A DNA stretch of 64,000 bases from Vicugna vicugna. Lineage: Eukaryota. Every line of letters begins with the position of its first letter. Position 1 is the first letter of the stretch. The notes beneath the pieces are model-generated. The model had not been told where the DNA came from and searched no databases. It saw only the letters and a list, made by a program, of their open reading frames with translations. Positions 52,740 to 64,000 of the stretch are shown piece after piece. The stretch lies in assembly GCA_013265495.1 (NCBI GenBank), contig MU058781.1, forward strand, positions 8,971,009-9,035,008, given 5' to 3'. Position numbers and translations under genes: made by a program.

Positions 52740-52878
52740 GGGGAGGGTATAGCTCAGTGGTAGAGTACCTGTGTAGCATGCAGGAGGTCCTGGGTTCAAT
52801 CCCCACAACCTCCATTTAAATAAAATAAACAAATAAAACCTAATTATTACCCCCCCAAATAAGATAAAAATAATTATT
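52740..52878 (+). mobile_element. tRNA-derived SINE (vic-1 type), long-tail form, intact A and B boxes
   Basis: GGGGAGGGTATAGCTCAGTGGTAGAG...GGGTTCAATCCCC...AAACCTAATTATTACCCCCCC. TSD aatgttcttcatcct (52725-52739) / aatgttctccctctt (52879-52893), 12/15. Confidence 0.9.
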
Positions 52879-53264
52879 AATGTTCTCCCTCTTCCCCCAA
52901 AACACACGCTTATGCACACCCACACACACATGCACACAAACATGTGGGCCTTGATTTGAAGTGGCTGCTCAGATCATGGCTCTGACAGCTGACTTGGACC
53001 GTATTAAAAGTACAAGGCTTTCGTCAGTGCTGTCTCGGTCCTTCATTGCCGGGGACAGCCAAGAGCAGTATATCAAAGGCCTGTCCAAAAGCAGCTGGCT
53101 GAGGGCTGCGGGAGTGGGGTTCCCTGGCCAGCCTTCCACATGCCTGAGGACCACGGGCATCCTGCAAGGAGAGAGCACTGTCTGCAGCCCCATGCCCCTC
53201 CCAGGAATGCCTTCCCTTCCCCAGATCCCCAGAGCCTTGAGCAGCTGGAAGATAGAGCCCGCTT

Positions 53265-53505
53265 AGGTTGGGATCCCTGAAGGGGAAAAGAACATGAAGG
53301 GGCCACTGAGGAAATCTGAATACAGTGTGGACTTAAGTCAATAGTGATGTATCAATATTGGCTTATCAATTGTGACAAATACATCAAACCACTGTGCAGT
53401 GTTAGTAACAGGGAAGCCATGTGTGGGGTACGCCGGCTCTCTGTGCTGTCTTTACAGTCATTCTATAAAACTGAAACTGTTCTCAAGTAAAATTTTATTT
53501 TGAGA
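53265..53505 (+). mobile_element. L1MC3/4-like 3' end just upstream of the exon acceptor
   Basis: gaaatctgaatacagtgtggactt...tgatgtatcaatattggcttatcaattgtgacaaatac...ctctctgtgctgtcttt...aactgaaactgttctcaagtaaaa. Confidence 0.7.
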
Positions 53506-53537
53506 AATTAAGCCTCCTGTAATTTTTTTTTTTTTAG

Positions 53538-53702
53538 GTTTTAGTGCCAAAGAACCCCACATTCCTGGGGAAAATGGTCGAAGTGGACATTTATGAATCA
53601 GGAAAACACTTCATGAAAGGGCAGCCAGTATCAGATGCCAAAGTACACACGCCATCCATCAGCAAACCATTAGCAAAAGGAGAAGTCTCGGGTTTAACAG
53701 AG
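53538..53702 (+). CDS. CDKAL1: CDKAL1 internal coding exon (165 bp, phase 0/0; equivalent to human exon 15)
   Basis: T13-ag|G acceptor at 53537/53538; donor GAG|gtgagt at 53702/53703. Translates to [55 protein letters not shown], in frame with the previous exon and matching recalled CDKAL1. Confidence 0.97.
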
Positions 53703-55761
53703 GTGAGTAAAAGATGCTTTCCCCTCCCCTGCCAGTGGCACAGCAGCGGTGGGAGCCCAGTGATTTCCGACCCTGCTTCTGGTATCATTTATAGTTCCCT
53801 TTTTATTTATGCATGAGGCTTTAATCCTTTCTGACAGATTGAAATCTGAATTAAAAAGATGCATTTTCGCTGATGCTTGTAGCTTTGCTTCTCTGCCTGT
53901 GAAGGGAAGCTGTTTCTGCATCTAGGCTACAAACAGGGCAAAAGCCATTATTTTCAGGTGAAATATTTACCACCAAAGATGACCTGATGCAGTATGTTTC
54001 TGTGTCAGTGGGTCTTGAGTGGAAGGGGATGAGGAAAGGAAAATTTCTGTGCTTTACGAAGCTGTTTTTAATACAGTTAAACAGGCATTAAACCATGTCA
54101 GTATGTGTGGTGATGGTGCCTTTCTCGAGGGTGTTAGCTGAATATCTGCTTTAGTCATGTGGAGTGAAAATTAAATATTTTTTTCCTTTCTATAAAAAAG
54201 TAACCTGACCCCTGTTTTATACCTTGGTAACTATGGCTGTTTGCCAAGCGCTCTCTTACATTTCATTGAGCTACAGCTGTAAAAGCTGGTGGAGTGTGAA
54301 ATGAAAATGTGTATCACATTTCTAAGCATCATTTGATGTCCCTTCTTCAACACAATTGTTAAGTGCTCCAAAAAAAAGTATAAAGCGGGGACTTAACATT
54401 CGGAAAAGTGATGAGTGATATTTATCTGGCTTTACAATTCCAAAATTGTTTTAATACAGGTATTATCTTTTCCCTCAAAATAAATGGCAAAGGCACATTA
54501 ATTATACTTGAGAAATAGTGACAAAGAGGGTCCTATTATCTGTATTCTCATGTATGGTGCTGATGGACTCCGATGTCCAAACATGAGCGACACCTCCCGT
54601 GAGCTTGATGAGGACACGTGAAGAATCGGTGTGCACGGCCATCTGAGTGGTAACGGAAAGACATAGACTGGCCTTTGTTACAACCCTGCCAAGTGTGTCC
54701 TCTTGCTCAACCAGGAGGGAACGCTATATACTTGATAAGCATAACCATTAATGTTTGCTGCTGTTTAGGAAAAAAATTCATACATCATACTTGGGGGTTT
54801 GGATGGATGGCCGGGAAGGAACAGTGTAATCCAGCATGTGAATTATATTGTTAAGAGATTTGGCTTTTGATTTGTTAACTCATACTTCACAAATTTTAAA
54901 GGAAGTGGCTTCTTAAATTTTGTTTTTCCTCACAATATATCTTTCAAGGTTGATTTTAAATTGCCACAGTGAAAAGGATTTTACAACAAATGGCAATAGT
55001 AGCAAATTAGGATTTCAAAGTCCCTGCCTGATTTAATTCCTTCATGTATGCCTATTGACAAAGACAAGGCTGGTGTTTTAAAACATCACATTAAAAACAG
55101 GCAAATAAGGGAAAGTTGGATCCTTTCATTAGTTCCTTATTCACAGACGCCGCTACGTGTGGAGAACTGTGGCATCACTGTCTAAAGGGGCGGCCCTGAT
55201 TACATTCCACGGGGCTGCCTTTTCTGCCCTCCTCTCCATCCCTCCAGCCTGGGGAGTGGTGTCATCAATTCTACCACCACCAGCCCTCTGAGCCGGGCTG
55301 ACCTGGGTTCTAGATGAGATGAGGATAAAGGTCAGTTGACCGCTGGCCCTTCTGGGCCCCTAGGAATTACAGTCTGATAGCATGCATGAGGCCAAAGGGT
55401 TAGGAATATGGATTTGGACATTTACATGAAGGGAAACATCAGGCAAGTCCTTTATCACCCTTTGTGACTTCATATATATTAATGAACAGAGCTTTCCGCT
55501 TCATTATTTGTCAGCTTTTAAAGATATGCCAAACTTGGGGTCATCATGCCCTCTTTCATGAATTTGTCCTGGTGTTACAAATGCTTTTGCTGATGATATG
55601 AACCAAAACAAATTCAGCAGGAGGGAAACAGCTTCCATTTTTATAGGATTTAGAAGTCGATGATAGAGGTTATAATCATGTCTCTCGAGCTCTCTGAGCA
55701 CTGATCAAGGTGCTGGAACTCTTCAGTGAAAAAATGAGTTTAACTCTGTGGATGACATGTG

Positions 55762-55960
55762 ACCCTGGGATCAGATAGACCTGAGTTTGCATCTGAACTT
55801 GCCAGTTTTACCCCAGGCACGTGACTCCTCTGGGCAGTAGTTTAGTCTGTTAAATGGAAATGATACTGTCAATTTCATAGGATTGTTGAGCAGAATACAC
55901 TCAATGGTGTATGTAGACCACCTAAAATACTATTCTTGGGACATAGTAAATAGCTACTAA
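55762..55960 (+). mobile_element. MIR SINE
   Basis: tcagatagacctgagtttg...tctgttaaatggaaatgatac...tcataggattgttgag...tgggacatagtaaatagct. Confidence 0.65.
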
Positions 55961-57110
55961 GTGATTATTTTCCCTTTTCCCCAAATCTAGCTAGAAAGAC
56001 CAGACTCTAAAGATGACCATGGTACTAATAATTTTGATCTTGTTTAATTATTTAGCTGTGGTCATGCACTGCACGCGATATTGGAGCAGGGGAGTGGTGA
56101 ATTTCTCTACTAGGATAATCTATCCAGTGCCAGAGAAACCAGTCCTGTCAGAATTTCTGTCTTCTTAAATGCTCTATGCTTTTTCTGAGTTTGTCTAGAA
56201 TAATAACCTCCTCCTACCCACTTTGTAAAGAAATCTAGAAAGGCCAAAGCACCTATAGCAAAGTATTGTGTAAGGAAATTATTTTCCATAGTAAATATAC
56301 TTCCTTAATTGGGAATTTTATGATTATCCTTTAAGTGTTTAGCCCTGTGCTACTTGGGATTTACTTTGGCTCACTCTAGACACTGTTGACCTCTTCTGAT
56401 AAAACCGGCGAGAGGCCCAGCAGACTAGGGGAAGAAGCACAGGCTGAGTGGGAGTTGAGATCTGGATTATAGGGTTCTGGCATTTGCAGTAACAAAAGGT
56501 GACCTTTTATACATCACTGAGGTTCCCTGAACCTCCATTGTCTCTGAGACTCTGTGACTGAAATGTTTCATTCAAAGAAAATGGATTAAATGCCTACCCC
56601 GTGGCAGGACTTTGAATTCCATAAATTCTATAAATCAGGCCTTGTTATTTCCAAATGATAGTAGTTACGTACATGCCCATAACATGGTGGAAAAAGAAAG
56701 CTAGAGGTGAAAAGTTACTGCTGTCTCCTAAGAAATGATATTCTAATAAAAACAACATATAGTACCATCTTCTCATGATTATTACTCTTCCTCTTTTCAG
56801 TTTGGTTAGAGGAGTGGAGGAAGAGAAGGGGAGAATAGGACAGAGAGATGAAATTAGTCTGATTATTTTTCGGGAAGATGGGAGCCAAAACGCCACCTCT
56901 AATAGGGAACATTTTCTAGTAAGTATCACTTAAGGATAATTAATTTCAGAAAAAGGTTATGCAATAAATATCCAATAATTAGTCAATAATTTTAATAGAC
57001 TCAAAGAGATTAAATATAAGTCAAAGACAGATAGATTATGTCAGGGGACTTTGTTCCTAAGAGGAAGAAGAGATGGGAGGAAACAGGGCATATGCATAGA
57101 TATCCTAGGA

Positions 57111-57295
57111 CAGTAATTCACAAGTGTGGTCCCAGACTTGCAGCATCACCAGTATATGGGAACTTGTTAAAAATGCAAATTCTTAGGCCCCAACCCAGAC
57201 CTGAATCAGAATCTCTGGGAGAGGAACCCAGTAATCTGTTTTTTTAACAAGCTCTCCAGGCAATACTGATGCACGCTGAAGTTTGAGAACCTCTC
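57111..57295 (+). mobile_element. MER5A (hAT-Charlie MITE)
   Basis: aagtgtggtcccagac...gggaacttgttaaaaatgcaaattcttaggcccc...gaatcagaatctctggg...aagtttgagaacc. 8-bp TSD tcctagga / ttccagga. Confidence 0.88.
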
Positions 57296-57879
57296 TTCCA
57301 GGAAACTAATTCTGAAGTGGGGAGGAATGTTTGATATCTGTCAAAGCAGTTTTAATACCTAATATAATAACACCAGGTTTTTACAACACTACCTTCAGAA
57401 AATAGAGTTGAACAACATCTCCTTGGATGATGGAGATCATCTCTCATTTACATATTAACGGTTCTTCAGAGGGGGTCATTTTTATAAATGATGGGGATAG
57501 GCAGAGGTTGTGTGTGTGTGTGTGTGTTTAGTGAAACAGGCCAAAAGATAGAACTTGGGAAAACACAGTTTTTAAGACGTTAAGAGCATGATATTTTTAC
57601 CATGTTTTCTCATGGAACTTGAACTTAACGGTAACATATCCAATTTAACGTGATGTTCTCTTTATACAACTGAAGTTTCCTTAGAAAATTGCTGTGCTGT
57701 TCAGGCATTCCATCTGAAGAAAACCTTTGGGTAAACAGGACCTAATGTCACCTGTACCAAAATCCATGACTATTTGATAATATGAAAAATTATCTGAGGG
57801 TCATCATCAAAGAGTGAGATCAAAAAGCTGTTTTGTTTTAACTCTCTTGTGAAAGTCTTCTGTTATAGACGACTTCGAG

Positions 57880-59960
57880 CTTACCTGCCGCCCTGTGTCA
57901 GTTACACCACCTGTGCTCTTGTTCTCCTTCATCCCACTCTGATTCTTTTGAAGAAAATCCCATTTGTCATTTTATTTCATCAAGATATTTATCAGAAAAT
58001 ATCTCTATCTATCTATCAGAAAATATTCCCTTTAAAAACATAGTCACAGTACAGTATCAAATCTAAAAATAATTGACGTTAATTCTTTGTCCTATTAATG
58101 GCAACTCAGTGTTCAGATTTTGCAATTTTTTAAGCAGTTGTCTGAATCAGGAGGCAAATAAGGTCCACTCATTGCAACTAGTTAGTACCTGTTGTAAGTC
58201 GTTTTAAATCTGTAGGTGCTGCCTTTTCTCTCTCTCTTCTCTCTTTGTATTGCAGTTTATTTGCAGAAGCAGCCGGGTTGTTTGTCCTGCAGCATTTCCC
58301 ACAGTCTGGAATTTGCTAATTGCATCCTCTGATACAATTTAACAGGCTTCTCTGTTCCCCATTTGTTTTATAAATTGGTAGTTAGAGTTAGAGGCTTAAT
58401 CAGATTCAGGTTTGAGTTTTTGACGAGATGCCTTCAGAGGATGCTATGTGTTTCCGTTATGAGGCATATAACGTCTGGTTGTCTCTTTATGTGTTTGTGG
58501 TTGACCAGTGTTGCCTAAATTCATGGAGTCCTGAGGGGTTTCAAAGTGGTGGCATTCTAGTTCTGACTCTCCTTCCTCATTTATTAGCTAAAAGTACTTC
58601 CATGAGAGAAACTTGGTCTTCTTCATTTTTGTTAACCCTGAGGTACAGTTCAGCCAGGAAAGGTGAGATAAAGGCTTGCTGCCTTTCTCTCTGTTTATCA
58701 GTTTTAAAAATTTAAGGTAATTCTGGTGGGGGAGGGTATAGCTCAAGCGGTAGAGTGCCTGCTTAGCATGTAGGAGGTCCTGGGTTCAATCCTTAGTGCC
58801 GCCTCCAAATATAAATAAATTACTTCCCCCTCATTAAAAAAAAAAAGAGGAAGAAAAAGTTTAAGTTGTTTCTGTAGCATCCTTGAAAAGTAACCAATAA
58901 GGTTTTTTTTAAAAAATATTATTATAAACTTGTGGATATTGCATATTTGATGTGGTTTTATTTCTTGCAGTTATTGCATTTAATTGGTGTTCAAATGGCT
59001 GCATTTTTGGAGAGTGGAAGCTCTTCAAATTGGCTCCTCAGTCCTTTTGACGGAGCTCCTGAAGTCTTTGGCAGTTTCTTTGCTTTTCGATATGACAAGA
59101 TGTTCCAGGCTTATCTTGGACATTCTCTGCTCCAGACCTGGAATCAGCCATGTCTCTAAGGAGCCTTGGTTTTTCTAAGTTTAAAAAAAAAATGGTATTT
59201 AGAGACATCAGGGTAGACTATTTAATTGGTCATTGTTTTTATACCTTTCAGCAGATAGAGCTAGAAAGTCTTCCCCCTCCTTTTTTTTCCAGTTCATACT
59301 GATGCTCTCATCCAAGTCAGATTCTGAGATTGTCTGTCTTGCATCTGTAAATTTTTCCTTCCATCCCACTTCACAGTAACACAACATTATTATTCATTTG
59401 CTTTATCCTGTAATACTCACGTAACTGTCTAATAGTAACCATACCAGTACTACTGCCAACAATACGATGCCTGGAAACTGTCAGAGGTGGTGCTAGTTTT
59501 GCAGTTGTTTCTGTTCTTAGAATGTATCCCACTCGGGCTGTCCAGGCAAATGATGGTTTTAAAGTCACCTGAGATAATAATAATTCATACTATTATACCA
59601 ACAAATGACTACACAAGTAGAAGCATTAGTTTTCAACTTCTTTGAATTTTTAAATTGAATTTTGTTTCATAGTTATGTAAGATATCTTGCAGAGTCACAT
59701 CTGCAAAAGTACGTCCTGAGAAGCCCACCTTCTACTTACTCCTGTCCTTTCCACCCTGCTTCCTTTCTTACCTATTTAGGAACTGTTTTTGTTTTAGTTT
59801 TCAGTTTATTCTTCCAATGGCTTGTTTTAACAGTATAAACAGACACACACACAGACACATACACATATTGTACATATTTTTTATCACCTTCTTTAACTTA
59901 TATAAATGGCAGACACTTGCTGTTTTCACTTAGCAGTGTATCTTGATGGTTACCCTAGTA
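57880..59960 (-). mobile_element. Old L1M 3' region (L1MC4/L1MC5-like), split by a SINE
   Basis: Motifs tttgtcctgcagcatttcccacagtctggaatttgctaattgcatcc and gatgttccaggcttatcttg...cagacctggaatcagccat...aaggagccttgg, typical of L1MC 3' UTRs. Boundaries approximate. Confidence 0.7.
58728..58853 (+). mobile_element. tRNA-derived SINE (vic-1 type) nested in old L1M
   Basis: GGGGGAGGGTATAGCTCAAGCGGTAGAG...GGGTTCAATCC. Diverged TSD aaaaatttaaggtaattctg / aaaaagtttaagttgtttctg. Confidence 0.88.
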
Positions 59961-60228
59961 TGTAGAAATTAAATGAATGTTTCTTACGGTTTTTGTCAGG
60001 CTTTTATACAAAATACCTGGAAGTCTCTATTGCTGAAGTATCTGAGATGAGTAACATTACCTCGTATGAAACCCAACACCCGTTTGGTCAAAGAAAAGAC
60101 AGGCAGAATTACCTTAAAGAGACAACTAGCTCGTAGGCCTGCAGGAGTTGCCGGCAACCTGATAGACGGTATTAAAGTGGCCAGAGTATAGGAGTGGTCA
60201 GACAGGCAAGCAAAAAAAAGTCATTCAG

Positions 60229-60350
60229 GGGAGGGTGCAGCTCAGTGGTAGAGGGCGTGCGTAGCATGTACAAGTCCTGGGTTGAAGCCCCAGCACCTCC
60301 ATTTAATAAATAAATAAACCTAATCCCCCCCCCCCAAAAAAAACCAAAAC
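60229..60350 (+). mobile_element. tRNA-derived SINE (vic-1 type), long-tail form
   Basis: GGGAGGGTGCAGCTCAGTGGTAGAG...AAATAAACCTAATCCCCC. TSD aaagtcattcag (60217-60228) / aaagtgattcag (60351-60362), 11/12. Confidence 0.9.
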
Positions 60351-60879
60351 AAAGTGATTCAGAGCCAACATTGGCAGTAACGACTATTTCCCAGAAGAAA
60401 GGCCACTTTGGCCAGAGGACTTCAAAAAGTCTGAAAACCATTCCTGTCTAGAAATGAATGCATGTGGTTGCCATAGCCTGGTACCATTGTGCCTTTGATG
60501 CATTTACATTCCTTTGCTGAGTTCATGATTACCAGTCCACCCTCTGATTATGATTTGCCTTCCTATGCAAGTCTGCCTTCCTGCAGGAAGAAAATAAATT
60601 TGAGCAGCCCGCTATAAATGTGCTGTTTATAAATTGGCATTCTAATTTTATACACTGGTGTCCTGTGTCCAGGCCGCGTGGTCTCCTCTGTAGATGGTGA
60701 GCATTTCAGTTTCTGAGCTCTCAAGGCGGTGAGCCAAACCCTGGGCCGTGTTCAAACCCGCAGGGTAACAAATGCCACCCCTTGTGGCCTCTGGAGAGAT
60801 TGTGAGGGACTTTTCCTCTGTAACACTCTGCGTTGCCATTGGCTACATATTCCACGCCTACTGCTGTGACACAAAACCA

Positions 60880-61110
60880 GTATTTATGGAGTGTTTATTA
60901 TGGGCCAAGCACTACATCTCTCACACGTTCGCTCGTATCATCCTTATAACATCCGTGCTGTCAGGTAGGTACTACTCTGATCCCTCTTTCAGAGATGAAG
61001 AATCTGAGCATCAGTAGCTGAATCAATAACTTATGCAGAGTCACAAAATTAGAAACTGGGAGAGGCAAGCCAGGATTTATATTCAGGTCTTACCAACTTT
61101 AAAGCGTGTG
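60880..61110 (-). mobile_element. MIR SINE
   Basis: atttatggagtgtttattatgggccaagcact...aggtaggtactact...agatgaagaatctgagc...aacttatgcagagtcacaaaattag. Confidence 0.7.
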
Positions 61111-61117
61111 TTCTTAT

Positions 61118-61790
61118 TTTTGAATTATATGTAGAACATGAAGTTTACCATCTTAACCGCTTTCAAGTGTACAGTTCAGTAGTGTTAAGTGCATTCACAG
61201 TTCAGCCCATCTCTGGAACTCATTTTATCTTGCAAAACTGAAAGACTAGACCATTAAACAACTCCCCGTTCACCTCTGCGCACTGCCTCTGGCAACCACC
61301 TCTCTGTCTCTGTGAACTCATATAAGGGAAACATGCAGTATTTGTCTTGTTGTGACTGGTTGATTTCACTTGGCATCATGTCCTCAGAGTTCATCCCTGT
61401 TGCTGCATGTGTCAGAATGTCCCTCCTTTTGAAAGCTGAATAATATCTGGTTGTATATTTGTACACTTTGTTTACCCGTTTATCCATCAATGGACACTTG
61501 GGTTGTTATACCTTTTGGCTCTTGTGAATAATGGTGCTATGAACGTGGTTGCACAGATTCCTCTTTGAGACCCTGTTTTTAATTCTTTTGAGTATATATC
61601 CAAGAGTGGAACTGTTGGATCACATGGTACTTTTATTTTTATTTTTTAGGACCTACCATACTGTTTTTCACAGTGGCTATACCGCTTAACCTTCCCACCA
61701 GCAGTGCACAGGGGTTCCAGTGTCTCCACATCCTCCCCAGCACTGACTGTTCTCTGGGGTTTCTTTGTAGCTGCCATCCTGGTGGGTGTG
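61118..61790 (-). mobile_element. L1MA/L1MB-type 3' end inserted in a MIR
   Basis: tttaccatcttaacc...aagtgtacagttcagtagtgttaagt...ttcacttggcatcatgtcctc...tccatcaatggacacttgggttg...ttcccaccagcagtgcaca. The minus-strand ORF 61254-61490 resembles an ORF2 C-terminus. Confidence 0.85.
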
Positions 61791-62294
61791 GGTTCAAGCC
61801 TGGATCTTTAACCCCTGGCCTGTGCTGCCTTTCCCTTTTGAGTTGCAGGAGTTTTATTTAGATTGGACAGTAGTTGCCTTTTATATACTACAGTAAGCTT
61901 ACATTAGGTAACAGGAAGTCGGGAGGGGGTGATGGGAAAATGGACAATATTAATCATCTTCTCTGTGTTCTGTTAAAAACGGTATTCGAGCTGTAAGTCT
62001 GCCTCGGGATACAGGCGAATATGAGCGCTACTGCTGCTGCTGGATACAGCCTGAAAGATTTACTTCTGATGTTCTTTCTCCTCTTATGGCCCATGTTAGA
62101 ACAAATCACCGGAATCCTACCATTTCTAAGATCGATTCTTAAGAAGTCAGAGCTATTTTGAGCCTGGCAGAAGAGAGCAAAGAAGAAAATTCTCTCCTAA
62201 TTCTGAACTTAAAAGTAGTCAGTTTTATTCCAAAGTTTCTCTCTTTTTAGGTTGATTCCTAGTAATAAAGAATCACTTTAAAGAAAGAAGAGGT

Positions 62295-62490
62295 AGGGTG
62301 GCTTTGTGAAAAGAGCTCAAGATTTGGAATCTGTCGGTCGTGGGTTCAGATTACAGTTCCTGTGATGTCATACAACATGCTTCCTTGAATCAGTCTCTTC
62401 ATCTGTAAAATGGAGATACCTAATTTGCAGAAGGTTAAATTAGATACTGTGGACAGTGCCCAGTGCATAGTAGGTATATTAATATTTGAT
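62295..62490 (+). mobile_element. MIR SINE
   Basis: gtgaaaagagctcaagatttggaatc...gggttcagatt...tcagtctcttcatctgtaaaatggagata...cagtgcccagtgcatagtagg. Confidence 0.72.
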
Positions 62491-62596
62491 AAAGGGATTC
62501 AGTAAAGATAAAAAAACCTGATTTACTGGCTTTTTAAAAAAAATATTTTTACTTTAATTTTCTAACAGGTACTTTACTTCCATCAGTCTTCACTAG

Positions 62597-62805
62597 ACAG
62601 CATAGTATAGCAAATAAGAATGTGGATTCTAGAGTCTGGAGTCTGATTACCTGTATTTGAATCCTTGTTTCACAGTAAGAAATAGACCTTGGGGGAGTTA
62701 CTCCACCCCTCTGCCTCAGTTCTCTCCTCTGCAAAGGGGGCATAACATAGTACCCACTTCACAGGATGTGCATGGAAATGGCTTAGCAATCAATAAATTG
62801 CAGCT
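62597..62805 (+). mobile_element. MIR SINE
   Basis: cagcatagtatag...tctggagtctgattacctgtatttgaatcc...gaccttggg...tgcctcagttctctcctctgcaaaggggg...tacccacttcacaggatg. Confidence 0.72.
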
Positions 62806-64000
62806 AGTACAATGAATACTGGCTAATGATAATGAATAATAATTATTATAAATTTGTGATCCATGCTAAGGCATTATTTTACTTTAAGCAGTGAGGGTAA
62901 AATTGTGCAGTCTTTCGTCATGTCAAATGTGGTGATCATCAGCCACTGATTTCCTACAAAACAGTACAGGAAACCAGGTTTATTCAGGGGTTCCTCCACG
63001 CAGTGAGACTGACAGAGCGACAGGAGGAGACTTAGCCGCAGTCTTCCAGCACGGGCTGTTCTTACTGACAGACTTTTCTTCCTCTTGTTCCTTCTGCCCC
63101 CTTTTAAAGGAGAACATTCTAGAATGGAGACCTGTCCCTAGCATTCTGTCTCTCAGAAGGGAAGGGAAGGCTACCCCAGGGTGCCTGGCTGCCACCTGTT
63201 TCTCATCCGTCGGGACTTTGATCCTAACGATGGACTCACTTGAGCAGCTACATAGCTCAGCCCCAGCACAGCCGACTGCACTTAGCAAGGAAGTGGAGGC
63301 TTTAGAGGGTGGCGTGGTTACCTCATTACCAGGCAAAGGGCCAGCAGGATATTCAGGTGTACTGAGTTTTATGTACAGACTATACTATATTTTCAGAGCT
63401 CTGACCCTTAGAAAAGCATCGTTAAAATGCTTTCCTCTCTATCTCACATTCATTTCCAAAACCACTGAAGTGAAAGGGTCTATTAGTTCAGGGCCAGATT
63501 TGAAAGCGCATGAAACCTGCATTCATGAGGCTAAGAAACAGCTTAATAATTAAGTTAAAACAGTTGAAAGTGGGTCTAATTTCAAACAGATCAGCTAACC
63601 GTGTTAGAAGCAAATGAGGGCGTGTTCTTTCCTTTTTTTTCCTTCCACCCCCAAGAGATTGGCTCCAATCCCAAGCAGTTTTGCTAATTTCTTTTTTCTC
63701 TTTACCTTTATATAAGATAGAATTCTTCACTGCCCATATGTTAAATTGGTGTCGCAATTAAAACCATAGCATATGTAATATTTAGTCCATTTCTTCCTTT
63801 CATAGGGCATATAATCAATTGCATTTGAAGATCCATTAGGACATATTTGGGTTTCACAGTCCAGATATGTAGCTTTTATCCTGTGCTCCTGAGCTGTATT
63901 TTATCGGGCATTACAGCTGAACTCGGATGATTATGTCATTTCAAAAATGTGTTTAGTATGTTTGCAGTACCTCCCATGCACCAATTTGACTACCATCCAA

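Larger units (their letters stand above)
50415..53537 (+). other. CDKAL1: CDKAL1 GT-AG intron (3123 bp)
   Basis: Starts gtaaga, ends tttag, and joins two in-frame exons. Confidence 0.95.
53703..64000 (+). other. CDKAL1: CDKAL1 last intron (5' part; terminal exon not in window)
   Basis: Starts gtgagt. No exon encoding the C-terminal hydrophobic ER anchor was recognised before 64000. Confidence 0.8.

Noticed and set aside
52740..52812. tRNA gene calls for GGGGAGGGTATAGCTCAGTGGTAGAG...GGTTCAATCCCC here and at six similar sites
   Set aside because: Dispersed, diverged copies with A-rich tails and TSDs are SINEs, not tRNA genes.
1..64000. Prokaryotic systems (CRISPR arrays, operons, retrons), NUMT or processed pseudogene
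   Set aside because: The sequence is mammalian intron. I saw no repeat-spacer array, mitochondrial-like segment or intronless mRNA copy by eye; a BLAST search would be needed to exclude very decayed ones.

Overview
Mammalian intronic DNA from the 3' part of CDKAL1 (tRNA-Lys t6A methylthiotransferase) on the + strand. Only two coding exons are present, 50331-50414 (84 bp) and 53538-53702 (165 bp), covering most of the TRAM domain and the segment after it. The rest is intron. Seven tRNA-derived vic-1-type SINEs point to a camelid genome (inference). Repeats include a young 5'-truncated antisense L1 with a perfect 15-bp TSD and 716 uninterrupted ORF2 codons, three ERV1-type solo LTRs, Tigger/Charlie MITEs, old L1M, L2 and MIR copies, and several nested insertions. 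The most unusual object is a ~540-bp TSD-flanked element (37761-38303) in which an L1 5' UTR/promoter is joined directly to the L1 3' end with both ORFs missing. It is a candidate non-autonomous 'bipartite' L1 or a spliced retrocopy. Other leads are a ~210-bp palindromic element of unknown family, a MEIS/TALE motif cluster, an RFX X-box cluster, and a Ser-to-Cys change in the CDKAL1 TRAM domain. Repeat family names and human comparisons come from recalled consensus sequences, not database searches. Boundaries of old repeats are approximate.
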